A stretch of 64,000 nt of DNA from Candidatus Methanoperedenaceae archaeon (GTDB lineage: Archaea; Halobacteriota; Methanosarcinia; Methanosarcinales; Methanoperedenaceae). Where the stretch lies: positions 1 to 64,000 of the forward strand of contig CAVWCX010000003.1 in NCBI GenBank assembly GCA_963753595.1, read 5' to 3'. Shown here in pieces: positions 50,232-60,647 of the stretch; the first letter of the stretch is position 1; each line of letters starts with the position of its first letter. The position numbers and the translations under genes were made by a program. The notes beneath the pieces are model-generated. The model had not been told where the DNA came from. It did not search any database and saw only the letters and a program-made list of their open reading frames with translations.

Positions 50232-51098
50232 GTGAAGAGAATGCTTAGAAAACTGAATATTATCCTTGAAGTAGCTAGATTACGTGGCACCATCAACTTT
50301 ATGTTGATTGTAGGAATGGGTTTACTAATGGCAGGGCAATTTTCTATCACCAAATACCCTGATATCATCTATATTGTTTTAGCTGAGTTTGTTATAATTT
50401 TAATATGGATCGTTAGTGTTTTAGTTAATGACGTATATGATTTAGAGATTGATAAAATTACAGAATGTAGTAAGAACCGACCCCTTGTTGCTGGATATGT
50501 AAAAAATTCTCAATATTTAAAACTTTCTGTGTTCTTCAGTGCTATTATTCTGTTCATTAGTTACCTGATTGGCCGCATTGTTCCAATTTTTATCATTGCT
50601 ATTCTAACAGTAATTATAATTTATTCTAAACCCCCATTCAGGCTTAGGAACAACATTATTATGGCACCAATTCTGATTGGATTTGCGACTTTTATGGTAT
50701 ATCTAGTGGGTTACTTTACGGGGGATTTTACTAAAGATATTAGCATAAAACCTTTTGCATTTCAAGTAGGTGCGCTAATTTTATCGTACACTTCCTTAAT
50801 TATCACGGCTAAAGATTATAAGGACTATGAAGGTGATCGTATAAACAATGTCCAAACGATTTTCACTATGTATGGAATAAGCAGAGGGAAAAAAATAGTA
50901 TCAGTCTTAGTGTTCTTTGCATTCTTAACAGGTCTCATCGTTTTGCAGCACCCGTTAGATTTAGTGATATTTTTAATTTTTGGAGTTACTGCAGCACGTG
51001 ATTTTAGAATCAACGCCGGAGCTGATAGAATATTCATTTTATCTTTATTATGGTTAGTTTACATTAATTGGAGGATTATTAATGGAGATTTTCTATGA
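50232..51098 (+). CDS. UbiA-family prenyltransferase
   Basis: NDVYDLEID, RPL, YSKPPFRL, KDYKDYEGD; multi-TM. Confidence 0.88.
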   Translation: MKRMLRKLNIILEVARLRGTINFMLIVGMGLLMAGQFSITKYPDIIYIVLAEFVIILIWIVSVLVNDVYDLEIDKITECSKNRPLVAGYVKNSQYLKLSVFFSAIILFISYLIGRIVPIFIIAILTVIIIYSKPPFRLRNNIIMAPILIGFATFMVYLVGYFTGDFTKDISIKPFAFQVGALILSYTSLIITAKDYKDYEGDRINNVQTIFTMYGISRGKKIVSVLVFFAFLTGLIVLQHPLDLVIFLIFGVTAARDFRINAGADRIFILSLLWLVYINWRIINGDFL

Positions 51099-51112
51099 AC
51101 TAGGGAGATTTT

Positions 51113-52105
51113 ATGAAAAATTTAAAAAATTATTGAAATTAAGTGAACCCGTGTTGTGGACATTGCCAATTACAATGTTTATATTTGGCTATATTTCTAC
51201 CAATCAAGTACATTGCATTTACTATAATTGGGATTTTTCCAATGCCATAGCGATGCCGACCAAGTCTCTTAAATAAATACACAGATCAAGAGGAGGACAG
51301 GATTAATAGCCCCGAACGAATTATATTGGGTGAATCAGTAGGGTATCATAACATAATTAAATTATGTATTGTTATTTTTATGCTTTACTTTTGTTTTATT
51401 ATCTTGTCTTCCTTCTTTATAAATATAATATTTGCTTTAGTTTTATTAATTCAGATAATGATTGGAATCTTATATTCATGGGGTACTAGATTTAAGACTA
51501 ATATCATTACTTCACTCATATCTTTTTCACTTTTTCTTGCAATTCTTCCATTCATAGCCGGTTGGGTTATTTCTAAACCTCTTGTTTCAATATCACCAAT
51601 TGTATTCATAATTCTAACTTATTTCTTAGTATATGGAAGTTTAAGAAATCTACCGGATGAGAGAGGAGACAAGCAAGTAGGAATAAAAACGAATTTCTAT
51701 GCTAGGGAAGAAATGCCTTTAAGAATTCCCTTTATACTATCCACCCCCTATTTATTAATATTAGTTTTAACGCTGGTTGGAATTCTAGAAATTAAATTTT
51801 TGGCTATTTTTGTAGTTCTTCCTTTATCTGTTATTTTGATTTTGGCATTGCAGAAGGCACATTCGATCGAAGAAAAGAATTTTATTCGAACCATTGAACA
51901 ATTCCATAGATGGATATTTTTGATAATATTATTACTCATATATTATCCCACATTTGAGGCGTTGCTCGCTGCAATTATTCTAAGCACCATAAGATTTTTA
52001 ATTATAAATATAATTGATATCCGCTTTGTTAGAATAAACTCAACTTATTTAAAAAAATTATTAATTAGGAAGAAATATGAAAATACTGTCACAGAAAAGG
52101 GATAA
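51113..52105 (+). CDS. Second, divergent UbiA-family prenyltransferase (indels in 5' part)
   Basis: LNKYTDQEEDRIN, LYSW..RFK, RNLPDERGD..GIKT; GGGAGA RBS before ATG 51113. Confidence 0.7.
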
Positions 52106-52108
52106 TAT

Positions 52109-52546
52109 ATGCTAAGAAGTCTGCTGCCTAGCGGGATAAAAACGGCTTTAAAATTAAGTTTTGGGCTTTGGATTTTAGGCGTCATATGTGTTATACCGTT
52201 TATGTTTCTCGGGTTCAATTTGACTATGGGGATCAAAGTACTATTACTTATAGATCCTTTTGTAATACTATTTGTATCTACATTATATTTGAAGAGAGTA
52301 AATATAAATAATAGCATCAAAGAAGGAGGACTTTTTGGTTTATTTTTAGTACTGACTCATTTACCAAGTGATTTGCTATTTATGTTACTTTTCTTCAAAG
52401 AAGGTTTGATAATTTTTAAACCATATTGGGGTATTTTATTTTATGGAGAAATGGCAATTTTTTCTATGATTGCTGGATTATTTATTTATTTAAGTAAAAG
52501 ACATAAAAATAAGAATCTTTATATAATGATGCATTCAAAGGATTGA
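52109..52546 (+). CDS. Four-TM hypothetical membrane protein
   Basis: Hydrophobic 145-aa ORF in operon. Confidence 0.7.
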   Translation: MLRSLLPSGIKTALKLSFGLWILGVICVIPFMFLGFNLTMGIKVLLLIDPFVILFVSTLYLKRVNINNSIKEGGLFGLFLVLTHLPSDLLFMLLFFKEGLIIFKPYWGILFYGEMAIFSMIAGLFIYLSKRHKNKNLYIMMHSKD

Positions 52547-53439
52547 CCATGAGTCGAAAAATATTATCTGAGTATTTGTTGATTTCAGCCATTGTACTCG
52601 CATTGGTGACTTTTTTCGCAGGGATTGTTTCAGGATCCATGTTACAGGTATCCGAAAATAAATCGATTGAAATTAACTCAGTAAATTATTTCTCAAAAAT
52701 CTATGTAGATGGCTTTAGTGCAAATTCTAACGGTTTTAAGCTTTTATTGAGAACATATGAACGACATATAGAAACTCGCTATCAGCCATTACTTGCAGAT
52801 ATTGATTTTATTTTGGTAGATGACGAAGAAATTATATATCAAGATACACAAGAGCAAATCTCATTATTATCAGAGGGACAAGGAACAACTGAGATATACA
52901 ATCAGCCTCACATAGCATTAAAAGAAGGCATAAATTACACAGCATTGATAAAAGTCTATTTGCATGAGGGGGGTAGTCCCAAATATTATTTAACTGCAAC
53001 TTCCTCTTTCATTGCTAAAAATGATGCCACCATAACTGAGGTCTATGGGGATGGAATTGGATCAAGCGTAACTATTAAAAGCAAGTCATTGGTTCCTCTT
53101 AATGCTAAAATCACTTTTATATTGATCCAGAATGGCAGTGTGATAGAATTAAAAGAAATTATGGCTCCACCAATTATGTCACATGATAAAGAAAAAACGG
53201 TTAATATCCTTTGGGATAGAAACCTTGATGAGGGCGTATATACGGTATCGACTGTGCTTAAAGGAAGTGATTTAGATGTTAAGTATGATAAAGTATTTAC
53301 GGTTGAAAAGAATAACGTGGCTAGCACTCCAGCGTCTACAGAACAAACTGGCAAAAGTACACCGGGATTTACATCGTTTATAACAACTCTTGCTATTATT
53401 TTGCTATATATACAAAGGGGTTTAAAGCGTGCTATCTGA
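52543..53439 (+). CDS. PGF-CTERM surface protein
   Basis: N-terminal signal; C-terminal STPGF + TM + basic tail. Confidence 0.78.
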   Translation: MTMSRKILSEYLLISAIVLALVTFFAGIVSGSMLQVSENKSIEINSVNYFSKIYVDGFSANSNGFKLLLRTYERHIETRYQPLLADIDFILVDDEEIIYQDTQEQISLLSEGQGTTEIYNQPHIALKEGINYTALIKVYLHEGGSPKYYLTATSSFIAKNDATITEVYGDGIGSSVTIKSKSLVPLNAKITFILIQNGSVIELKEIMAPPIMSHDKEKTVNILWDRNLDEGVYTVSTVLKGSDLDVKYDKVFTVEKNNVASTPASTEQTGKSTPGFTSFITTLAIILLYIQRGLKRAI

Positions 53440-54604
53440 TATCAAGCCCGCATTATTCTATTCGAGAAAAGACATTACTAAAAATAAGAATATATTTATA
53501 TTTATAGTACTGGCTATTGCTTTTTCTACAGCGAACATTATTGTTGTAAATGGATTAATGGAGGGGATGATAAACGACTTTGTGGATAATACCGTTGAGA
53601 CGTCTAGTGGACATCTCAATTTATATCCGAAAGACGAAGATAGGTACATAAATGGTCTGGGAATTAAAGAGCAGAAGCTTGCAGCCTCAAAAGAAGTAGT
53701 TGCTTATTCGTCCAGGATTTCTTCAAGTGGTGTTTTGTCTTATAAAGAACTATCAATATCCACTTCAATATTGGCAGTGAATCCAGAAAAAGAGAGAGTT
53801 GTAACTAAAATACTTGAAAAACTCGACAGAGGAAAAACCATTAACTCAAGCGATAAAAGCGCAATTCTTGTCTCTTATCGCCTTGCAGAGAATTTAAAAT
53901 TGAATGTTGGGGATGATACGACATTAGCTTTTGAAAACGGAAAGGTTAAAGTATATACAGTTAAAGGGATAGTTCGCACCGGAAATTTGGATTTTGATGC
54001 CTCTACAGTCATCATGAATGCGGATGAACTGGCGAGACAACTAGATCTGGAGAATAAGGCATCTGTTATTTTGATCAAGCTCAGTGATAAGATGCTTGTT
54101 GAACAGTATAAACTTAGAATAGTGCAAGAATTAGGGATTTCTAATCTAAGAACTTGGAGAGAAGAAATCGAGTATGTATTAAGCTTCAGCGCTGCATGGA
54201 AGGATTTTACTAATTTAATATCAGTAGTGGGATTGATCGCGGCGGCAGTCTCGGTTGGTTTAATTATTTATATTAACGTGGTTCACAAAAAAAGACAAAT
54301 AGGCATAATGAAAGCCATGGGAGCAAAAGACTCATTTATTTTTAAGGTTTTTATAATGGAAGCTATTATTTTTGGTCTCATAGGAGTTGGTTTAGGAGAT
54401 GTTCTTGGCTATTTTGGGACAAAGTACCTTGAAACTCATCCATTCTATGATGCTATTATGCAAACCTGGATCGGTGCCAGGTTCTACAACCATATATTAT
54501 ACACAGCATCGGCAGTTTCTTTTTCAATAGTAGTTCTTGCTGGGATCTATCCGGCTGTCAAAGCGACTCAAATAGACATAATTAAAGCGATATGGGGTGG
54601 TTAA
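53429..54604 (+). CDS. LolE/MacB/FtsX-family ABC permease
   Basis: Large extracellular loop; RQIGIMKAMGA; IYPA..A. Confidence 0.88.
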   Translation: MLSDIKPALFYSRKDITKNKNIFIFIVLAIAFSTANIIVVNGLMEGMINDFVDNTVETSSGHLNLYPKDEDRYINGLGIKEQKLAASKEVVAYSSRISSSGVLSYKELSISTSILAVNPEKERVVTKILEKLDRGKTINSSDKSAILVSYRLAENLKLNVGDDTTLAFENGKVKVYTVKGIVRTGNLDFDASTVIMNADELARQLDLENKASVILIKLSDKMLVEQYKLRIVQELGISNLRTWREEIEYVLSFSAAWKDFTNLISVVGLIAAAVSVGLIIYINVVHKKRQIGIMKAMGAKDSFIFKVFIMEAIIFGLIGVGLGDVLGYFGTKYLETHPFYDAIMQTWIGARFYNHILYTASAVSFSIVVLAGIYPAVKATQIDIIKAIWGG

Positions 54605-55764
54605 TACTGCCAGCAGTGCTCTTCTACGCAAGGAAGGATATAGAAAAAAATAAAAAAAAGTTTTTCTTTATTATAGTGACAATATCCTTAGTGGGTGCCA
54701 ATATGATTATTCTGAATGGGTTCATGGATGGATATGTCAATGATTTTCTGGAAAGAACTCAGGAAACTTCAACGGGTCATTTGAACATATACCCCAAATG
54801 GGGGGATCAATATATAGAAGGACTGGGTATTAAAGAGCAAAAAATTGAAAATGTAGATGGAGTATTTGCTTATTCACCCAGACTTTCAGTGGGGGGCTCT
54901 TTATCATACAAAGAAAAATCAAAACCTATTAAGATATTAGCTCTAGATCCGATTAAAGAAAATAAAGTTACAAAACTCCTTAGCAAACTGGATTCGGGTG
55001 AAACTTTGGACTCTAATGATATGTATAGTGTGCTGGTCACGTACCGATTGGCTGATGAATTAAAAATTAAAGCGGGAAACTATGTGACTTTGGTTTTTGA
55101 AAAAGGAAACTCCAAAATATACTTAGTTAAAGGCATACTACGAACCGGTCTTGAAATGGACAAAAACACTGTTATAATGAATTTTGAGGAGGTAACAGAG
55201 CAACTTGACTTTAACAATAAAGCTTCACTGATTTTGGTAAAATTGAATGATAAGGCTATGGTAGAGGAATATAAAAATATTTTATCTCAGGAGTTATCAA
55301 TAAATAAAATAAAAATATGGAGTGAGGAGATCGAATCAGTAGTGAGTTCTATGAAATCATACAGGGAGATAATCGATACAGTAAATGCTATTGGACTGTT
55401 TGTGGCCGCTGTGACTTTGGGCATTATCTTATATATTAATGTCCTGTACACAAGAAGAGAAATAGGTATTTTGAAAGCTATAGGAATGAAAGATTCCCAA
55501 GTACTCTCAGTATACCTAATCGAGTCACTTCTTATTGGCATAATAGGAATTTTTATAGGCAGTATTTTAGGGTATTTAGGTATCAAATATCTGGAAAAAC
55601 ATCCTTTCTACGACCCAATATTAGGTTTTGTGAGTCCTCACTTTTACGGTTATCTTATCTATGATGCTGCGATCGTGATTTTTTTTACTTTGATGCTTGC
55701 TGCATTGTATCCTGTTTTGATAGCCAGCAAAACAAATATTATAAAAGCAATATGGGGTGATTGA
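54592..55764 (+). CDS. LolE/MacB/FtsX-family ABC permease (paralogue)
   Basis: REIGILKAIG; similar to upstream permease. Confidence 0.88.
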   Translation: MGWLILPAVLFYARKDIEKNKKKFFFIIVTISLVGANMIILNGFMDGYVNDFLERTQETSTGHLNIYPKWGDQYIEGLGIKEQKIENVDGVFAYSPRLSVGGSLSYKEKSKPIKILALDPIKENKVTKLLSKLDSGETLDSNDMYSVLVTYRLADELKIKAGNYVTLVFEKGNSKIYLVKGILRTGLEMDKNTVIMNFEEVTEQLDFNNKASLILVKLNDKAMVEEYKNILSQELSINKIKIWSEEIESVVSSMKSYREIIDTVNAIGLFVAAVTLGIILYINVLYTRREIGILKAIGMKDSQVLSVYLIESLLIGIIGIFIGSILGYLGIKYLEKHPFYDPILGFVSPHFYGYLIYDAAIVIFFTLMLAALYPVLIASKTNIIKAIWGD

Positions 55765-56439
55765 GTGGATTTTATAGATATCAGAAATCTAAAGAAAGCA
55801 TATACTCTTGGTAAAATTAATGTCAATGCCCTTAATGGTATAGATGTTTCTATACAGAAAGGTGAGTTTGTAGCCATCATGGGACCTTCAGGAAGCGGCA
55901 AATCGACTTTATTAAATCTCGTGGGTATGTTGGATACACCTACATCTGGTGAAATATATCTTGACAGAACAAATGTAACAAAAATGAACAGCGACAAGAG
56001 AGCTGAATATAGGCTCATGCATTTAGGCTTTGTATTTCAGTTCTTCAACCTTTTTAATGAACTTAATGCTCTTGAAAATGTAATGTTTCCAATGATGTTG
56101 AATCGGCTTCCACATTACAAAGAACGTGCTAAGGAACTGCTCAAACTCGTGGGCTTAGAAGATCGTTTCAATCATCTCCCATCTGAACTTTCAGGCGGTG
56201 AGCAGCAACGGGTTACGATTGCTCGATCCCTTGCAAACAATCCTTATATCTTATTAGCAGATGAGCCTACAGGCAACTTGGATACTAAATCCTCAATGGA
56301 AATCATTAAGCTTTTCAGGAGATTAAATCTCGAAAACGAACAAACTATTTTAATGGTGACACATAGTCAGGAGATTGGAGAGACCGCAGATAGAATCCTA
56401 TATTTCCGCGATGGTTTGATAGAAAAACAACATATTTAA
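55765..56439 (+). CDS. LolD/MacB-type ABC ATPase
   Basis: GPSGSGKST, LSGGEQQRV, ADEPTGNLD. Confidence 0.92.
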   Translation: MDFIDIRNLKKAYTLGKINVNALNGIDVSIQKGEFVAIMGPSGSGKSTLLNLVGMLDTPTSGEIYLDRTNVTKMNSDKRAEYRLMHLGFVFQFFNLFNELNALENVMFPMMLNRLPHYKERAKELLKLVGLEDRFNHLPSELSGGEQQRVTIARSLANNPYILLADEPTGNLDTKSSMEIIKLFRRLNLENEQTILMVTHSQEIGETADRILYFRDGLIEKQHI

Positions 56440-56799
56440 AATGTTATCTGGACAATCTGTTGCATCAAGAGATTTTCGGACGTCTTTAATATTATTTTTC
56501 TCCATATCGTTTTTATTAACTTCAGTAAATAAATATTATGTACCTTATTTATATATAATAACTACTTAAATTACATTTAAATTATGTAATTTAAAATTGC
56601 GATCGATCATGTTTTGAAATATTTGTTATATAAAATATAGTATATTTAATAATTCAATATATTTATTCAGTAAACATTTTATAATATTTTTAAAATCAAA
56701 AGGTTGCGAGGCTTCGACTGAATACTTACTCGATAAACCTGCTTCTCATCAATTTCATCAATTTCATCCTCAAAATCAATGCCAAGAAGCGAATGAATA

Positions 56800-58024
56800 G
56801 ATATTGAACCTTTATTTACGGTATATCCTGCTTCACAAAGAATTTATATCATTTCATTCATATAAAGGTCTTGAACTGAAACAAACTTTGGAAGTCTCAC
56901 TTTCTTTTCCCTTAGTTCCTTCTCGGAATATTTTTCGATATTCGTAAGCAAGTGGTGGATAATAGAAGCAAGCTTTCTTGCAAGTGCAACTATTGCTTTT
57001 TTTGACCTTTCTTCACCTTAATTCTCTGGTAAAAAACCTGAGTTTGTTGGACTTTCCAATAGCAATTGAATTAGCTGCCTGAACAAGAATCGTTCGCAGA
57101 TACTTATTACCACGTTTTGTGATATGACCATTAGAGGACTTACCAGCAGATTCATTAACAGCTGGAGCCAGACCGCTCCAGCTTACCAGATTTTTAGGTT
57201 TGGGAAATATTTTAATATCACCAATTTCTGCAATGGCGGCAGCAGCTATTGTAAAACCAATACCTGGAATGCTCATTAGGATATACTGTTCTCGCATTCC
57301 TGATAAAGATTGGAATATCCTTGAATCAAATTCTTTAATTTTGACATCAAGGAATTTTACCGTCTCTAAACAATCTTTTATCACAAAAAGGTCATTCTGG
57401 CTTAACTCTCCCTTTATGCTATCTTTTATTTCAGTTAGCGTAGCTTTTATCCGTTTGTCTTTAAGCTGTCCAATTATTTGTTCTATGGATTTACCATCCA
57501 ATATACCATTCAGAATAGTAGTACCGGATTTGCCGAAAATATCTGAAAGAACTCCAGAAATCCTAATGCCAGCTCTTTGCAGTATTTTGTGAACTTTATT
57601 CTTTAAAGCAGTTCTTGCTTCAGTAAATTTCACATGTGTTCTTGTGAACTCACGTATATCACGAATTTCCCTGCATGGGATATAGGATGGTTTTATCTGA
57701 CCATTCAAACAGACTTCAGCTATCCATTCCGAGTCGATGTCATCATTCTTTCTGCCTGGAATATATTATCTGTAAAGGGTTCGCCACTATAGTTTCAACT
57801 TTACCCTCTAATATTGTGTAGGCTGGAATATTATATATTCCGGTTGATTCTATGGCTACTCTCTGATAACGATTTTCTAATATCCATGTCTTCAGGTCCA
57901 GTAAACCCTTCAAACAGATACTGAACTTTCTGGTATCTTTTGCACCAGCTGATGTTAGTATTGTTGCAGCTAAAAAGGCTTGATGAACATCTATTCCACA
58001 AGCCTTTTCTACTCTATTATTCAT
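56800..58024 (-). mobile_element. IS110-family recombinase gene, frameshifted (3' limit approximate)
   Basis: CGIDVH, ESTG, NPLQI (DEDD domain); SIPGIG..AEIGD..F..SWSGLAP..ESAG..ITKRGN; AIVALARKL in a further frame. Confidence 0.88.
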
Positions 58025-58052
58025 GTTCTAATCACCTCTTTGAGGAATCTGA

Positions 58053-58187
58053 TATGAACAGAGACTTGAAATTAATAGAGACAATCTGGTATACGTACTC
58101 AAAGTACAGTCATCTATTCGCTTGAAGAAGACCAAACTATAGGACAGGTTTAAAACCCAAGGCAACATTTGGTCTTCTCTGTTCATA
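58053..58187 (-). ncRNA. Putative IS110 bridge/seek RNA in the upstream non-coding end
   Basis: 12-bp outer stem (58053-64/58176-87), 11-bp stem (58126-36/58168-78) with internal loop, second stem (58074-82/58109-18). Confidence 0.55.
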
Positions 58188-58417
58188 CCATTATAATAAA
58201 AAGGCAATTTAACGAGTATTAGTTTTTCGTTGTCATCTATGAACTAAAATGTTCATAGCTTGGTAATAATCGAGATTTAAAAATTGGGATTTACGAAAGG
58301 CCAAACTTCGAAAATAATATACTGACGGGTGGGGGGTTGGGCGTGTGCCGGGAGCGGATTTAGGAGAGAGAGATGTCGAAAAGCTTATCGTAAGCTGTGT
58401 GAAAGTAATATCACAAT

Positions 58418-59524
58418 ATGAAAGAGCTTCTCTCCTGGGACCAGACACTTTTCAAAGACAGTGAGTTATTTGAACTTGACCATATCCCTGAGCATTTCCT
58501 TCACAGGGAATCGCAACTTTCATCCCTCATGCATTGCATCCGGCCTGCACTGGGCAAAGGCCGGCCGCTTAACAGTCTTTGCATAGGCGCGCCGGGAACA
58601 GGAAAAACAACAGCGGTGCAAAAGGTATTCGAAGAGATAGAAAAACATTCTGATAAAGTGGTGCCGGTGCTTGTCAATTGCCAGGTCAATTCAACACGGT
58701 ATGCTGTATTTTCACAGATATTCAAAAAACTTATAGGTTACGCACCGCCAGCCTCGGGCGCCTCGTTTAAGAAAATATTCGGCGAGGTTGCAAAGTATAT
58801 AGTCGAGCATGAAAAAGTCCTCCTTGTGGCGCTTGATGATATGAATTACCTGTTCTACGAGATGGAGGTCAATGATGTCCTGTACTCACTCCTGAGGGCT
58901 CATGAAACATATCCCGGTGCGCGGATGGGCGTTATTGCAATACTTAGCGACACAGGTGTTCCCCATATACTTGATCCCAAAGTTGAATCTGTGTTCCTTC
59001 CTGAAGAAGTGAAATTCCCGACATATTCGATCGATGAGATACGCGATATCCTGTCAAACCGCGCAAAGTTAGGGTTTTACCCTGATGTGCTTGACACAAA
59101 CGTTCTTGAAAACATAACACAGCATACTTTCGCGCTTGGGGATCTGCGCGTGGGGATAGATCTATTAAAGCGCTCAGGACTTAATGCAGAAAAGCGTGCC
59201 AGTAAAACAATTGCCCTGGAAGATGTTGAGTCAGCGTATGAGAAATCCAGGCTTGTGCACCTTTCCTACATGATGCGTACTTTGAAAAAGGATGAAAAAA
59301 TTCTCCTTGGATTAATAGCGGATTCCCCCCGGTCCAATTCAGGCGATCTTTATGAAAAATTCCACGAAAAGACCTCTCTCGGGTACACGCGTTTCTATGA
59401 ATTGCTTAACAAGCTTGGCTCTTTTAAGCTTATAGATGCCGATTTTACAGGTAAGGGGGCACGCGGGAGAAGCCGCCTTGTCAAGCTTCGATTCAAACCT
59501 GATGAAGTAAGAATGAGATTGTAG
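58418..59524 (+). CDS. cdc6: ORC1/Cdc6-type replication initiator
   Basis: PEHFLHRE, GAPGTGKT, VNC, LDD, GDLRVGIDLL, C-terminal wHTH RGRSR. Confidence 0.93.
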   Translation: MKELLSWDQTLFKDSELFELDHIPEHFLHRESQLSSLMHCIRPALGKGRPLNSLCIGAPGTGKTTAVQKVFEEIEKHSDKVVPVLVNCQVNSTRYAVFSQIFKKLIGYAPPASGASFKKIFGEVAKYIVEHEKVLLVALDDMNYLFYEMEVNDVLYSLLRAHETYPGARMGVIAILSDTGVPHILDPKVESVFLPEEVKFPTYSIDEIRDILSNRAKLGFYPDVLDTNVLENITQHTFALGDLRVGIDLLKRSGLNAEKRASKTIALEDVESAYEKSRLVHLSYMMRTLKKDEKILLGLIADSPRSNSGDLYEKFHEKTSLGYTRFYELLNKLGSFKLIDADFTGKGARGRSRLVKLRFKPDEVRMRL

Positions 59525-59600
59525 GTAACAGATTGTAAATTATATTTGTATATAACCTAGTGTAAATAATATATTATAGATAACAGATTTTATATAACCA

Positions 59601-59630
59601 TATCTGCGTTCATCTGCGTTTATCTGCGGT
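59601..59630. repeat. 3x 10-bp tandem YATCTGCGTT (half REP-like element)
   Basis: TATCTGCGTT CATCTGCGTT TATCTGCGGT; related to the units at 27692-27773. Confidence 0.8.
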
Positions 59631-59740
59631 TTATTATTTCATTGATTATTTTGTATTCTCCGTATCGATTTAAAAAACTATATATATCTTTATTACCAAT
59701 AATAGCTAACCAAAATTTTAATTTTAAAAGGAGAAAATAA

Positions 59741-59983
59741 ATGTCAAATCAATTACAACCAATACTTCCACTTGCACCTGTCGAGCGCATTATCAGAAAA
59801 GCAGGAGCGGACAGGGTAGCAGAAGACGCAGGCGTTGAACTTGCAAAAGTCCTTGAGGAATATGGCATAGAAATTTCGCGCGAAGCCATAACCCTTGCAA
59901 AACATGCAAAGAGGACAACAGTAAAAGAAGAAGATATCAGGCTTGCTGTTGCAAGATTGAAAAAACCAAGCTTTACCCAATAA
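59741..59983 (+). CDS. Archaeal histone (HMf family)
   Basis: LPLAPVERIIRKAGADRV...AKHAKRTTVKEEDI; AGGAG RBS; T-tract after stop. Confidence 0.93.
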   Translation: MSNQLQPILPLAPVERIIRKAGADRVAEDAGVELAKVLEEYGIEISREAITLAKHAKRTTVKEEDIRLAVARLKKPSFTQ

Positions 59984-60017
59984 TCTAATTACTTTTTTTT
60001 TCGTTTTTTATTATCAG

Positions 60018-60451
60018 ATGACTATCGAAGAGAAACTTGGTTATACATTCAAAAAAATTATTTCATAAACCGCGCCCTGACACGCAAAGCCTATGCGCTT
60101 GAACAAAAACAGCAAAATATCGAGTGTGAGGACCAGGAAATTTACCGGACACTGGGTGACGCTGTCCTGAAAACAGTTTTGATCGATCTTTTGATCAAAA
60201 ATGGCATTAATTCAAGGGGAGATATAACAAGCAGGAAAAAAAGCCTTGAAAGGGAAGAAGGGCTTGCAGATATCAGTAAAAGGCTCGGGATCGGCGCATA
60301 TCTTAAATTGGGAAAAGGCGAGAGTAAGCAAAAAGCAGATGAGGAGCCTTATGTGCTGGCAGAGACTTTTGAAGCTGTGATCGGGGCGATATATCTTGAT
60401 GGCGGATTTGAAGCCTGCAAAGGAATAATAGAGAAGTTATTTAAAATTTAG
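60018..60451 (+). CDS. RNase III-domain protein without dsRBD (indel in A7 run near 60055)
   Basis: IEEKLGYTFK...RALT...TLGDAVLK...LAETFEAVIGAIYLDGG. Confidence 0.75.
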
Positions 60452-60647
60452 ACACTGCAAAGTTGGCAATGAACCCCCCGATTCATAGTTCCATATTATT
60501 GGCATAATTCACACTATTTTTATTTGCCTAAACCATATTATCTATTTATGTAATATGTGTTTTAGCAGGTTGGAGATTGAGAAGGTCTATCCCTTTGCTC
60601 CAATCTTCAATCCTGTTCCTTTTTCGCTACGATTGCAAAGCTTTATC

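Noticed and set aside
56566-56594. Perfect 11-bp inverted repeat TTAAATTACAT-N7-ATGTAATTTAA
   Set aside because: Lies in an extremely AT-rich spacer with no second copy; chance or a local terminator cannot be excluded
58240-58417. Replication origin next to cdc6 (G-run GGGTGGGGGG at ~58327)
   Set aside because: No repeated ORB/mini-ORB motif found; a single G-string is insufficient
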